Positions 39,383 through 53,567 of a stretch of 64,000 nt of DNA are shown here, one piece after another. The notes beneath the pieces are model-generated. The model was given only the letters and a program-made list of their open reading frames with translations. It was not told the DNA's origin and ran no database searches. The translations under genes were made by a program, and so were the position numbers. Positions within the stretch are counted from its first letter, which is position 1, and the number at the start of each line of letters is the position of its first letter. Origin of the DNA: Mobula hypostoma (taxonomy: Eukaryota); the NCBI RefSeq assembly GCF_963921235.1, contig NC_086109.1, forward strand, positions 22,880,001 to 22,944,000. The letters are read 5' to 3'.

Positions 39383-40822
39383 CTGAAAATAAAACAGTCA
39401 CAATGCTTGAAGCAATCAAAAATCAAATTATATGAGCTTCATACTGCACTGAATAGAAAGTTAATAATTTAGCCAACACATAGAATCACTTTGGTCCCTA
39501 TCTCGTCGTCCCATTTCAAGTCAAGTTCACAGAATCTTAGAGAATTCAAGTGAGTGAAATACCCTAACCTGGGCATGCAGCTCTCTGGTAGATTGTTTAA
39601 TTCATCTTGCCCGTTCCCCATGTATACAATAAATGTTTTGATGGACTCTAGATTATGGTCTCTGGGGGCTTTGCATGGTTGGTGGTGGGGGGGGCGGGGT
39701 TGATGCTTTTGCTGGAGCAAGTGGGGGGAGGGGGAATGCTTTTGCTGTTGCTTGTGCATGAGTTTCTAACATTTTCTGTCATTCATTCTTTGGGCTTTTT
39801 TTCTCTGTTTTGTGGATGTCTTCAAAGACTAAGGATTTCAGGTTATATTACTCTAATATTAAATTCATTCCCCTTTTGAACATTACAGTCGAATCTTTAT
39901 TCCACTGCTTTTTCAGACAGTGTATTCCAGATCACAGCAGGATGCAATACTATAACTAAAGCTTAACCAGTCATTTATAAAGTTATTTATAACTTCCTTG
40001 GTTTTGTGCTCTACAAAACACAGGTCTTATAACCTTTATAACAGTCTTCTGAATGGATTAAACACCCACACATCTCAGTTTCTATGATTCTTTAAAAACT
40101 ATAGAATTCAGTTTACATTGTGTCTTCTTAATTCGTCCTCCCAAATAATATATGACTTCTCTGCATAAGCTCATCTTTGTCTGTCTTCTCAAAGTCTATT
40201 GATTTCCTTGTCACTTTCATACATTTCTGAGTTTCATCATCACTGGTACAGACTAATAATAAATAGCAAAAAGAGCACTGGCCCTAATTGTAAGCCCTGG
40301 GGAACACTACTGTAGACTCCAGTCTGAAAACCAACCACTTGCTATTCCTGTGATTTCCATCTCTCAGTCAATTTCATATCCATTCTCTCATTGCTTCCTT
40401 CATCCCTTGGGTTTCAAGTCTATTTTGTGGCACCATGTAATCTAGACTGACAGAGCAGTGGTGTGCTAGTGAGGGAGTGCTGAGGTTGAACACATCACTA
40501 TAATGAGGAACAAACCTGGATCTTGAACCTACGACCTTGTGACACGTCAGTGAAACTGCTACCACCGAACCACATGCTGGCATGGAGCATCTGCTTTAAT
40601 GTATATGACGTGACAATATAATCTTACTAGAATCATTTGAAATGGCAGTGAATTCTTCATTTATCGCTACCAAAGGAACTCTTACTTGCTTTTTAAAAAT
40701 ATTTTTGTCAACAAATATTTGTAAGGCCAGTATAGCCAGCATTTCATACCCATCCCTATTAACACTGAACATAATGCTTTGCTTGGCCATTGCATGGAAC
40801 ACTTAAAATCATTGGTCTAGAG

Positions 40823-40895
40823 CAGAGGTTCCCAACCAGGAGTTCCCTTGGTTAATAGTAGAGGTCCAAGGTATAAAAAGGGTTGGGAATCCCTG
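40823..40895. mobile_element. 73-bp hAT (Charlie-like) MITE
   Basis: TIRs cagaggttcccaacc / ggttgggaatccctg. 8-bp TSD gtctagag / ttctagag. Confidence 0.7.
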
Positions 40896-40999
40896 TTCTA
40901 GAGTTATATCAAAGTAATGTAAGTCTAGCAAACTTTCATCCTGAAGTATATTAGTGAACTAGATAGGATTTTACAACAAACAAGTAGTTTTGTAGACAC

Positions 41000-42970
41000 A
41001 AGACACTGCAAATGCTGGAATCTGGAGCAAAAATAACAGACTGCTGGAGCAACCTAGTGAGGCAGAGTGATAGTCAACATTTTGAATTGAGATCCTGAGT
41101 CAGGATTCAAACCTAGATGGGAGATCTCCATTATAAAGAGTTGCGGGGTGGGGGTGGGGGGGGGGTTGCTGAGGCAGGAGCTGGCATGCAATAGGTAGAA
41201 TCAGGAGAAGAGGGAGATGATGGGCAGGTGGATCTGAGTGGGGGGGGCTGGAGGTACAGAGGCTAGAGGGTGATGAATGGAGACAAAGGGTTGGAGATTG
41301 TGGAATCTGGTATGTAAGGAAGCTGATAAATGGAACTAGAGAGAACTGGTTGAAGATCTAGTGGGCCAAGTGCATGCATGATGCACAAATGAAATCAGGT
41401 GGGAGAAATATTTGAAAAGAAGGGGGGGTGTGAGAACATGGGTGAATCAGGTGGAGAAAGAAAGGAACAAAGGAGATATGGGTTACCTGAAATTGGAAAA
41501 TGTAATGTTCATATGATTGGTTGTAGACTACCCAGGTGGAATACGTGGTACTGTTCTTCTATTTTGCCTCACCATGGCAGTGGAGAAAGCTGAGGACAGA
41601 CTAGTCAGATCACAAACAAGAGAAAGTCCACAGATACTGGAAATCAATGCAATGCTGGAGAAACCCAGCAGGCCAGCCAGCATCTATGGGTCTCTATTCT
41701 ATAGATGCTGCCTGACCTGCTGAGTTCCTCAAGCATTTTGTGTGCATTGGACAGACTAGTCGGTGTGAGATTGGGAAGGGAAGTTGAAATGACATACAAA
41801 CAAGAGCTCAAGCGATCCGCTGCAGATAGAGAACGGGTGCTTGGCAAAGCAGTCACCTTGTCTACGCTGTCTTGCCAACGTAAAGGTAGCCACATCACAA
41901 GCACTGAATACAACAGACAAGGCTGGAGGAGGTATGTGAGTCTCTGTTTTACCTGGAAGGGTTGTTTAGGCTCCTGGATGGTGGTGAGGGAGGTGTTGCA
42001 CCTCCTGTTGTTGAAATGTAAGGCATAGGGAAGGGTGGACAGGAACAATGTGGAAAACAGAAAGGAATCAGATTGTGTAGCTACTGATAGAAATAACCAA
42101 CCACAATGCAGAGACTGATAGGGTGAAAGGCTAGAACCAAAGGAACTCTATGTCTGTTCTAAATGGGGGAAGGTGAGCCGAGAATGTGCTGCTAGGGGTG
42201 GTGGTGGAGGCAAATTTGACAGAGGTATTCAAGATGGGCAAGTATTATGCAGGAATGATATGGACATTATGTAGGCAGAAGGGATTAATCAGGCATTTGA
42301 TTACTAGTTTTATTAGTTCAGCACAACACTGTAGGCTGAAGGGCCTGTTCCTGTACTGTACTGTTCTATATTCTAACAAGTGTGGGAAATGAAGCTGGGT
42401 GCATGAAGGCTCCATCAACCAGAGTAAGAGGGAAGCCCCATTTCCTGAAAAAAGGAGGACATTTCAGATGGGTTGTCTGCACCCAAGGTTATGAATATTG
42501 AATTTTCTAATTTCAGGTAACCCATAGTGTTCCTTGCTCTCCAATTCTGATCCACCTAGGTTGTCTCATTGCCCCCCCCACCCTTTTCCAAACCCACCCT
42601 CAACACCTCATCTCCATTAACCAACATTTTCCAACTCTCCCACCTTAGTCCAGCTGCCTATCACCCATTATTTAACCACTCTGCTGCCTCACTGGTTCCA
42701 TATGCCCATTATCCCTCCCTCATCTGATTCCACTCATCACTTTCTCTATTTATCAGATTCCAAAATCTGCAGCCCTTTACTTTCGCATTTATCACTTTAT
42801 AACAACTACCTCTAAATCTACCTTCCCCTCTCCGCACCTGGCTCCATCTGCCATCATGCCTCATCTCTCCTCTCATTACACTGACTCTCTACCTTTTACA
42901 CTCTTCAGTCTTGATCCAAAATGTTGAATATTGCTCTGCTTCCACATATGCTACCTGACCTACTGACTCA
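41000..42970. mobile_element. Cluster of old Penelope-like fragments in opposite orientations
   Basis: pLTR-like ends (gatgctgcctgacctgctgagttcc) and GIY-YIG-region remnants (PKQPFQVKQR) resembling 17508-18760. Confidence 0.55.
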
Positions 42971-45900
42971 AGCAAACTTCTGCTGACGTACCATGAAGAG
43001 CACTGGTTATCTGGTACGGAGGTGCCAATGCAAACAATTGGAAAAAGCTGCAGAAGGTTGTAAACTCAGCCAGCTCCTACATGGGCACTAGCTTCCCCAC
43101 CATCAAGGACAGCTTCAAAAGGCAATGCCTCAAGAATGTGGCATCCATCATTAAAGACCCCCACCACCCAGGACATGCCCTCTTCACATTGTATCATCAT
43201 GAGGAGGCATGGGAGCCTGAAGACCCATACTCAATATTTTGGGAACAGCTTCTTCACTTCCACTGTCAGATTTCTGAACTTTCCATGGACCTATGAACAC
43301 TACCATATTATTTTGATCTTCTTTTGCACTTTTACATTTTTCTTACTGTAATTTATAGTACTTTTTATGTATTGCACTGTACTGCTGCCACAAAACAACA
43401 AAATTTCATGACAAATATCAGAGATAATAAACCAGATTCTGTGTTCTTCCAGTGGTTCTGTATTCATTGTTATTAAGGCTTTTTTTTTAATTATAAACTA
43501 TCAACTGAATTTAAATTCAGCTGCAAAAGTGCAATTGGAATTCCGATCTCTGGACTATTAGTCCATCTTGCTAGTCCAGTAATTTACCCATTAGATTAAC
43601 TTCCCACCATCAGCACAAAATAGAGGTCACTAACTGACTCTTCTTGAAGAGCTGTGTTCCTGCCTACCACTAGTTGGTAAAGAACATATACTTCTCAAAC
43701 TGCGAAGTTTTCAATGAAAACAGAAATGTTTCAAACACACCAAAATTCCTAGAATCAGCAGCACCTTGCCCTGAAATCTAAATATATCAGTTACTGGGAG
43801 CTTTATTTGGTGTATGTTTTCCTATTTATAATGGGAGGGTTACTCAAACATACTGATGCAGTTCATTAAGTGCCCATAAGGGATGAGTCACCAGAGAAAG
43901 GACAATTTATTCCTTTCCTTGGAATACAGGAATTTTTGCCCTCCTCCACATTTTGTCACCAAGGTGCCAATTATCACCAGTATTCAGTATTCACAGACAA
44001 ACTCTGCTGCCTCATCAGTCTCCTCCAACAGCAGGTGGACCAATCTCCAGGAGTCCACCGGTTAGGAGTAAACTGAACCTTTGTGTTGTGAGTTTGATGA
44101 CCTTGGACATAGATCCCTCCAATAAGAGCATTTAACTGCTCTTTAGTCCTCAAAGAAACTATTAACTTCAGTCTTGAAACTTCCAACGACTCAAGCATCA
44201 TAGGTGTTAGAAGTCAGGGGATGTGAGAGAATTCAGATTCAGATTTATTTACCACATGTACATTCAAGCTTACAGTGAAATGTGTTGTTTGCGTTAACAA
44301 TCAACACAACCAAGGATGTGCTGAGGGCAGCCTGCAAGTGTCGCCACACATTCTGGCGTCAACATAGCTGGCCCACAATATCCAGTAAAAGAGTACAAGC
44401 ATCAACAGAACAAACAGGACAACAATACAAGCCCCTTCCCCATCCTCCTACCCATCCCCTCACACACACTGACAGGCCTTCAACCCCAGAGAAGCAGAGA
44501 AAAGTTGTTCCAAGATTTCTGGAAAAAAGTGCTTTCAAGTTTAATCTGAATGTGCTGGTTTTAATTTTAATATTATGGCTAATTTGGAAAGAAGCAACAT
44601 CTCTTGATCCAACCATTCTAATCTTAACTTTTCAAATATATTGATAAAAACTCAATCTAAAGCCAAGGGAATGCAGACCTATTTTTATATAACAAAGAGA
44701 AAATTTGCAGATGCTAGAAATCCAAGTAACATACACACAATGCTGGAGGAACTCAGCAGGCCAGGCAGCATCTATGGAAAAGAGTACAGTCGATGATTCA
44801 GGCTGAAACGTCGACTGTACTCTTTTGCATAGATGCTGCCAGCCCTATTTTATGTAACTTTATTTTTCGAAAGTGAACTCCATAAGCTGTGCTAAAATCT
44901 ACATAACTGTGCAAAACCCTGAAATACAACGCCTCCAGTTGCACGCAGACTCCAGAACCTTATTTGGACTCTGTGTAACTGAAATACAACATTATTTCTC
45001 TTGTTCCAGCAACACCCCCCCCCCCCACCCAGCTACTACAAATGAAATCCCTCTCTCTGGTTTAAGGGAAGGAGAAGAGTAGGAATTGTACTGTTGATTT
45101 TTATTCAGTCTGAGTGTGGATCAGTGACTTGTACCTTTGTCTCTAAATCAGCAAGTTGACAGTTCAAGACTGGACTCATCACTTATGAAGCACTAGTAGC
45201 ATTGTACTGTTAACTTCTTGACTTGTGGCATGAATGCACCTTATGCTAAATATCAATCTTCTGGAATATATTTTATTATTTGTTCATTTATTTGTGGTAA
45301 TATTACTTTATGTGTTGTGTACATATACCGTGTTGTGCACCTTATTCTGGAAGAACATTTTTTGCATTTGGCAGTATACATGTATATGGTCGATGACAAT
45401 GAATTTGAACTTCAGTTTGAGATTAGGGACTTAACCATAAAATCTAGACTGTCATTCAGTCCACTCCTGCACTATAAATGTTTTGGGGCTTTCTGAGATT
45501 GTGGAATCTGCTATAGAAATGAAACCTGTTTCTTTCCCTTTAATCAAAACTTGCATCCTTTTTCTTCCCGCTGACCACACTACTATCCACTGAGTCCGTT
45601 ACTCTCATGCATCAGACTGGAAAATGTCTGTGTGATGACATTTGCTGTGATAATTCCAAAGGATGAACAGTCAGCCAACTACCACAGTCCACGTTAACAT
45701 ACTCTTTCTCTACTTGTGATGTTTGACTGCAAGTAGAGAATATCTAACATATTTGTAACCAGGATATTTGACAGCATTAGCCAGAAGCCATAGGAGACAG
45801 TACAGTACAGCTCAGGAAAAGGTTCTTCAGCCCATCACATATGTACCAACCATGATGCCAATTTAAACTACATATCTGCCTGCATGTAGCCTATAGCCCT

Positions 45901-46363
45901 CAATTCCCTGCCCGCTCATGTGCTTGCTTAAAGGCTCTTAAAAGTTCCCATCATATCAGCTTACACCACACCCCCTGAGTGCATTCAAAGCATCTACCAC
46001 TCTGTGTAAAGATCTTGCTACATAAAATTCCTTTAAACTTTGCCTCCCTCTCAACTAAACTTATTGGTAAACCATTGGTACTTATTTCCAGTCTGGAAAA
46101 TAGCTATCATCTACCATATCTATGCTTCCAATAATTTTATATACTGCTATCAGGCCCCTCAACCTTTGACGCTCTAGAGAAAACAATCCAGTTTTCATAT
46201 CAGAATCAGGTTTAATATCATCAGCATATGTCATGAAATTTGTTAACAATGGCAGCAGTACAATACATGATAATATAGAAAAAAATGACTAAGTCAATTA
46301 CAGCAAGTATATATGTACATTAAATAGTTAAATTAAAAACAGAAATAATATATAAAAAAGTGA

Positions 46364-46905
46364 CACACATAAAAATTGCTGGTGAACACAGCAGGCCAAC
46401 ATCTATAGGAAGATGTACAGTCGACGTCAGGTTGGAGGAACAACAACTTATATTGCATCTGGGTAGCCTCCAACCTGATGGCATGAACATTGACTTCTCT
46501 AACTTCCGTTAATGCCCCACCTCCCCTTCGTACCCCATCTGTTATTTATTTACTATTATTATATATTTTTTCTCTCTCTCTTTTTCTCCCTCTGTCCCTC
46601 TCACTATACTCCTTGCCCATCCTCCGGGCTTTCCCCCCTCCCCCTTTCTTTCTACCTAGGCCTCCCGTCCCATGATCCTCTCATATCCCTTTTGCCAATC
46701 AACTTTCCAGCTCTTAGCTTCATTCCTCCTCCTCCTGTCTTCTCCTATCATGTTGGATATCCCCCTCCCCCTTTCAAATCTCTTACTATCTCTTCTTTCA
46801 GTTAGTCCTGAAGAAGGGTCTCGGCCCAAAACGTCGACTGTACCTCTTCCTATAGATGCTGCCTGGCCTGCTGCGTTCACCAGCAATTTTTATGTGTGTT
46901 GCTTG
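46364..46905 (+). mobile_element. Penelope-like 3' fragment with an inverted partial pLTR at its 5' end and a 13-bp TSD
   Basis: Reverse-complement match to about 17508-17970. TSD tataaaaaagtga at 46351-46363 and 46906-46918. Hammerhead motif at 46804-46839 has GAAA changed to AAAA. Confidence 0.8.
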
Positions 46906-47699
46906 TATAAAAAAGTGAGTTATTGTTCATGGGTTCAATGTCCATTTAGGAATCAGATGGCAGAGGGGAAGAAGCTGTTCCTAAATCAGTGCTCCCAAGG
47001 GTCATGCCATTTACCACATGTGTTCCTCATACACTTAACTGCACAAAGTGCAAAACTTCACACTTGTCCAGGTTCAGCCCCATCTCCAACTTCTCAGCCC
47101 ACATTTCTAACTGGTGTATATCCTGTCAAATTCTTGAACACCATTCCTCACTATTCACAACGCTGCCAACTTTCATGCCGAGTGCACACTTACTAATCAT
47201 CCCTCCTTATTTTCATCCGAATAATTTATATTTACCACAACATCCGAGATAGTTTTATGCTCAGTCCTGAGGCAGCATGAGTGGAAACATCAACTCATAC
47301 TCTACCTAACCCAGATTTCCTCCTGTAGTTTACATTTATACATTACCTCTTCAGTGAGCAGGGGCAGAAGCTAGTGGGTCCTTGCTTCCCTTGACTATAC
47401 GCTAAACCAGGGTGTCCTGAATCCAGTTGTTAACCAGTGGAAAATGCTGTTGAGTTTCATGTGTAAATGTCACTACATAGTTGCTCAGACTGTTACATCT
47501 TCACAAGATGGTGGTGTGCTCAGGTGCAGTGGCTACTCGGGCTCCAAGCAATGGTGAAATTTCTTATCCTGCGCATCTTTTCTATGACCAGAAAACACTA
47601 ATCATAAAGAACACTAAAATCTGCAAGTCTACCTTGTTAGCGAGCAAATAATGTAGGTGCTGCACAATTACGGACTTACACAGTGGGTGGGCGCTTGCT

Positions 47700-50600
47700 C
47701 TGTGCCAGGGTCCACTACAGCCACACAGGGAAACAGCCACTCACCCCAACGGTGTCTTCATTGTTGCTGGTGAATTCAATCATACCAACTCAAAAACAGT
47801 CCTACCAAAGTCCTATCAGCATGACAGAATATATCAGACCTGGTTTGTAGCTAAGTTCGTGAAGCCTACAAGGTTGCACCCTCACCCCCCAACCTCACTT
47901 CAGGGACTCAGACCTCATAACCATTTTGCTAATTCCTGCATACAGATCACTGGTTAAACAAGTCAAACCAGTTCACAGGGTCATCAGAACCTGGCCAAAA
48001 GGGACACCTCAATACTGCAGAACTGCAGTATATCCAGGGAGGTGGTTACCTACGATCATCACGTAACATTGATGAATATGCAGGATCGGTAACTGACTAC
48101 ATAGGAAAGTGCATTGATGGTGTTACAGTGATTAAATACTACACTGCCAGGGCAAAGCAGAAACCGCGGCTGACTGCAGAGGTTTGTGCACTGCTCAGGG
48201 ATCAGGACACTGCCTTCAGATCGAGGGACAGGAAGACCCTAATGTCAGCAGGAGCTGTGCTCTCCCACGCAATCAGGAAGGCAAAGCATGAGTACGCACA
48301 GAAAATCCAGACACCTTTGTAACACCAGGAACACACGGCGCATGTGGTAATGTATACAAATCGTAACTGATTGTAAGTCTACCCTGCATGTCAACAACAG
48401 TGACACATCCCTTCCTGATGGGTTCAATGCATTCTATACACAATTTGGTGAATTGAATGATGTGACACCAAGGAAAGCACCCTCCCTTCCTGAGGAACAG
48501 GCACCTGGTCTGGTCACAGCCAAGGTGAGGAGGACCTTAGCCAGGGTAAACCTGTGCAAAGAGGCAAGACCGCAAAACATACCTGGTCAGGTGCTGAGGG
48601 ACTATGCAGCCCAGCCAAAATGAGGTCTTAACAGACATCTTTAATATCTCACAGAAATAGTCCACTGTCCCTACAGGCTCAATGCAGCCACCATCAATCT
48701 GGTGCCAAGAAAGCAACAGTAACTGGCCTACACGATTACAGCCAGTGGGACTGACTTCAACAAACATGAAATGTTTTGAGCAGCTGCTAATGGATCACAT
48801 AAAATCCCACCTTCCACCTACATTGGACCTTTCCAGTTCACCTATCGTTCATACTGGTCCACTGATGACACCATAGCCTTGGCCCTCCACTCCCACCCAG
48901 AAAACAATGCCTCATATACCAGGATGTTGTTCATTAACTTCAACTTAGAGTTTTACATTATCATCCCTCAGAAGCAGGTGGGTAAACTGTCCACGTTGGG
49001 ACTCAACACCCTTTTCTGTAACTAGATCTTAAAGTTCTTGACAGAAACACCCCAAGTTGGCAGCAACATCTCAAGCTCAATCATATCGAGCACTGATACT
49101 CCCCACGGCTGTGTGCTCAGCCCGCTGCTGTCCACGCTACTGATTCACAACTGCACTGGTAGATTCAGCTCAAACAGCATCACCAAGTTCGCTGATGATA
49201 CTACAGTGGTTGGCCTCATCAGCAACAATGATGAGTTGTCAGACAGAGAAGGTAGTGAGATCAACAACCTGAGTCTTAATGCGGACAAGACAGAAGAAGT
49301 GACTGTGGAATTTGGGAACGTACAGGTTGTCCACTCTCCATTCACATCAATGGCTCTGCCATACAGAGAGTGAAAGGCACTAAATTCCCTGATGTGCACA
49401 TAACAGATTTTCTAACTTAGTCCCACAACACTTCCTCAGTAGTCAAGAAGGCACACACTTTCTGAGGAGATTGAGACATGCAAGATTCCCCACCCCCATT
49501 CTAACAGGAACACTATCAAGAGTGTCCAGTGTGGATGCATTACTGTGTGGTATGGAAGCTGCAAGGCGTCAGAATCAGAATCAGGTTTAATAGTACAGGC
49601 ACGTGTCATGAAATTTGTTGTTTTGCAACAGCAGTACATTGTAATACACAATAAAAAACTATAAATTACAATAAGTATATAAACAAAATTAATTAAATAA
49701 GTAGTACAAAAAGAGAACAAAAAATAAAAGTGAGACAGTGCTCATGGGTTCATTGTCTATTCAGAAATCTGATGGTGGAAGAGAAGAAGCTGTTCTTGAC
49801 CATTGAGCGCCTGTCTTCAGGCTCCTGTATCTCCTCCTTGATGGCAACAATGAGAAGAGGGTGTGTCCTGCGCAGTGGGGATCCTTAATGATGGACGCCA
49901 CCTTTTGATGGCATCACCCTTTGAAGGTGTCCTGGATACTGGGGAGGCAACTGCCCATGATGGAGCTGGGTGAGCTTACAGCTTTCTCCAATCCTGGCCA
50001 GTGGCCCCTCCACCCTCCATACCAGACAGTGATGCAACCAATTAGAATGTCCTCCAGGGTACATTTGTAAAAAATTGTGAGTGTCTTTGGTAACACACCA
50101 AGTCTCCTCAAACTAATAAAATATAGCCACTGTTGTGCCTTCTTTGTAATTGCATCAATATGTTGGGCCCAGGATAGATCTTCAGGATCTTGAAACTACT
50201 CACCCTTTCCACTGCTGATCTCCTGATGAAGACTAGTGTGTGTCCCTTGACTTCCCCTTCCTGAAGTCCACAGTCAGTTCCTTGGTCTTACTGACATTTA
50301 GTGCAAGATAGTTGTTGCAACACCACTCAACCAGCTGATCCATCTCACTCCTGAGCGCCTCCTCATCACCATCTGAAATTCTGCCAACAGATGTGTCATC
50401 GGGAAACTTATAGATTACGCTTGAGCTGTGTCTAGCCACACTGTCATGGGCGTAGAAAAACTAGAGCAGTGGGCTAAGCATGCATCCTTGACGTGTGCCA
50501 ATGTTGAGTGTCAGCGAGGATATGTTATTTCCCATCGGCACTGTGGTCTCCTGGGGAGGAAGTCAAGGATCCAGTTGGAGAGGAAGGTACAGAGGCCCAG

Positions 50601-51600
50601 ATTTTGGAGTTTGTTGATCAGAACTGAGGGAATGACTGTATTGAATGCTGAGCTGTAATCAATAAACAGCTATTACACACAAATGTTGCTATTGTCCAGC
50701 TGATCCAAGGTTGAGTGGAGACTGAAGTTTTCAGTGCTCAACCAGGTACACCATCAGGGCCTGACGCCTTGCAAGGGTTCACCCTCTTGAAAGATGTTCT
50801 GACGTTGGCCTCTGAGACAGAGATCACATGGTCACCAGATGCTGCAGGGAGTCTCATATCTGTAGTTTTATCCTCCCTTTCAAAGCAGCATAAAAAGCGT
50901 TGAGCTCAACTGGGAGTGAAGCATCACAGCCATTCATGATGTTAGATTTCGCCTCATAGGAGGTAATGGCCTGTTAACCCTGCCAGAGTGGACGTGCATC
51001 CAATTCCGTCTCTAACTTCAATCAGAATTGTTTTCTTGCTCTTAAAATAGCTTTCCATAGATTATATCTGAACTTCTTGCATAGTTCTGGATTACTGGTC
51101 TTGATGAAGTCAGCGCTCAGCAGACTATGAATCTCCTTTTTCATTCACAGCTTTTGGTTTGGGTACGTCTGGTATGCCCTCGAAGGGATACACTCATTCA
51201 CACAGGTCTTGATGAAGTCAGTGACAACTGTGGCACATCAACCCTATAGAGGACTGTAAAAACTGCCGAGAGGCTCTTCAGAATCTCCCTCCCCCACTAC
51301 TTATGACACCTAACTGAAGCGTTGCAGATGAATAGCCCAAAGCATCGTTGAAGATCCCTATACCCATCCGACAATCTATTTGACCCACTACCATCAGGAA
51401 GGAGGCACAGGAACATCAGGAATAAGACTGCTAGAATGGGTAACAGCTTCTTTCCTCAGGCTGTGAGACTAATGAATACTCTCCCACCACCAAGGTCTTG
51501 TCACTAGGATAGTGAGGTGTTTACTGTTTACCTGTACTGTGCAATACATGTGTTTTGAGTTATATTTTATACACTTATTCATGGTAATATTTTGGTCTAT
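47700..51600 (+). mobile_element. Degenerate Rex1/Babar-like LINE (endonuclease to 3' end), interrupted by a minus-strand relative at 49569-51236
   Basis: VAGEFNH (EN), PVGLTSTNMKCFE, TPHGCVLSPLL and KFADDTTVVGLI. Sequence resumes at 51237 with ..LPSGRRHRNI.. motifs. Confidence 0.78.
49569..51236 (-). mobile_element. Nested, internally deleted Rex1/Babar-like LINE
   Basis: KFPDDT..WCCNNYLALNVSKTKELTVDFRK. (CTGATT)n tail read as tcagaatcagaatcag at 49569. Confidence 0.78.
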
Positions 51601-52845
51601 GTGCTGTGTGAGATATATATTCTGTGGGTGTACCATGGTCCAGAGAAACATTGTTTTGTTTGGTTGTATATACCGTTTGTACAGTTGTTGTTCCTCTCCA
51701 TGCTTGCAGCCCATCGGACTGCAGCCTTCCCACTTCTTTAGCATTTGACTGTTTTTGCATTTACAAGGCTGAATTGCTACGTCAACACTCAACCCTGCAC
51801 GGATGGAAAGCGTGCAAGGAGCCAGCCGGATTTGAACCCGGGACCAATTGCTTCAAAATCCGGTGCAGATGCTGTTTGTACAGTTAAATGACTAGAAATC
51901 TGAACTTGAACTTCAGTTGTACCTTCTCCTCTCTGGACTGCTCCCCTGTGTTTTTTTTTTGATCTACATCAGTGGATATATACTGCCAATTCAATTAGGA
52001 ATCACTAGGAGTTAGATTGGTTTGATCAGGGTGAATTGTACACTTAAAAGTTGGCAGGCTGGTTTATAGCAGCTAGCTTTTACCAACATAACTGGGCAAA
52101 AGGTCAGATTGTGAAAATCAGCACACATGTACTCTGCCATTGAACAACACATACAGTCCAATGGAATAACTGCAAACTGACTGAGAACTCTGCCCATTGA
52201 TTCACACCAGGTTCCAACAGGTCCTCTAATTTCAATGGAAAGAAATGGCTCTGGAGAGAAGGAGAAACAACATAATTTTCTTTTTATTCAATTTAGCTAA
52301 TTGTATGTAATTGTTTTTATTGCATTGAAGCATATTTTTAAGTATTTTAAATTACTGTTTGATTTTTAATGAATTTAAAATGCCAGAGACATTCAATCTC
52401 ATAGACTTTTTTTTACTGCTGGTGAGCCTGGAGACAGGGTTACACTGGTATGCATGGCAATTCTGGGGCAAAGCCAGTTACATTCAGATAAGTAATGAGC
52501 TGTGCTGTGCATCGCAGAACCTTTGGGAGATCTGCTCCCAATCAAAGCAACCTTCAAAGGCAGTGACTGAGGAGCCTAGACAGCCTGCCAGCCAGCAGAA
52601 GATCTGGCCCATTGCTTTTCCAATTTCATATTGATGGTTGCTGATAAGAACAATACCCAAATAGCACTGGCAGGACAACTGTATGAGAATTCGCATCTGC
52701 CAAATTCCACCATAGACGGTCCCAAGCCTGGCTGTGAAAGGAGGGTTGGGCATGGGGCTAGCAACCCCATCCTACAAAACCTCAGTGCTACAGAAACACC
52801 AACAGAAGCTCAAAAGACCTCATTCCAGGGAGAGGAAGGATCCTA

Positions 52846-53567
52846 ATATAGAACATAGAATAGTACAGCACGTAACAGACCCTTCGGCCCACAATGTTGT
52901 GCCGACCCTCAAACCCTGCCTCCCATATAACCGCCCACCTTAAATTCCTCCATATACCTGTCCAGTAGTCTCTTAAACTTCACTAGTATATCTGCCTCTA
53001 CCACTGACTCAGGCAGTGCATTCCACGCACCAACCACTCTCTGAGTAAAAAATCTTCCTCTAATATCCCCCTTCAACTTCCCACCCCTTACCTTAAAGCC
53101 ATGTCCTCTTGTATTGAGCAGCAGTGCCCTGGGGAAGACGTGCTGGCTATCCACTCTATCTATTCCTCTTAATATCTTGTACACCTCTATCATGTCTCCT
53201 CTCATCCTCCTTCTCTCCAAAGAGTAAAGCCCTAGCTCCCTTAATCTCTGATCATACTCCATACTCTCTAAACCAGGCAGCATCCTGGTAAATCTCCCCT
53301 GTACCCTTTCCAATGCTTCCACATCCTTCCTATAGTGGGGCGACCAGAACTGGACACAGTACTCCAAGTGTGGCCTAACCAGAGTTTTATAGAGCTGCAA
53401 CATTACATCACGACTCTTAAACTCTATCCCTTGACTTATGAAAGCTAACACCCCATTTCTTAACTACTCTATCTACCTGTGAGGCAACTTCCAGTGATCT
53501 GTGGACATGTACCCCCAGATCCCTCTGCTCCTGCACACTACCAAGTATCCTGCCATTTACTTTGTAC
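52846..53567 (-). mobile_element. Young CR1 3' fragment (open 180-aa ORF 52909..53451) inserted in an RTE-type short element
   Basis: RPHLEYCVQFWSP..QRVVGAWNALP. The host element continues on both sides. Confidence 0.87.

Noticed and set aside
51685..51875. tRNA gene suggested by a B-box-like ggatttgaacccggg
   Set aside because: No complete cloverleaf is apparent. It looks like the head of a minus-strand tRNA-derived SINE.
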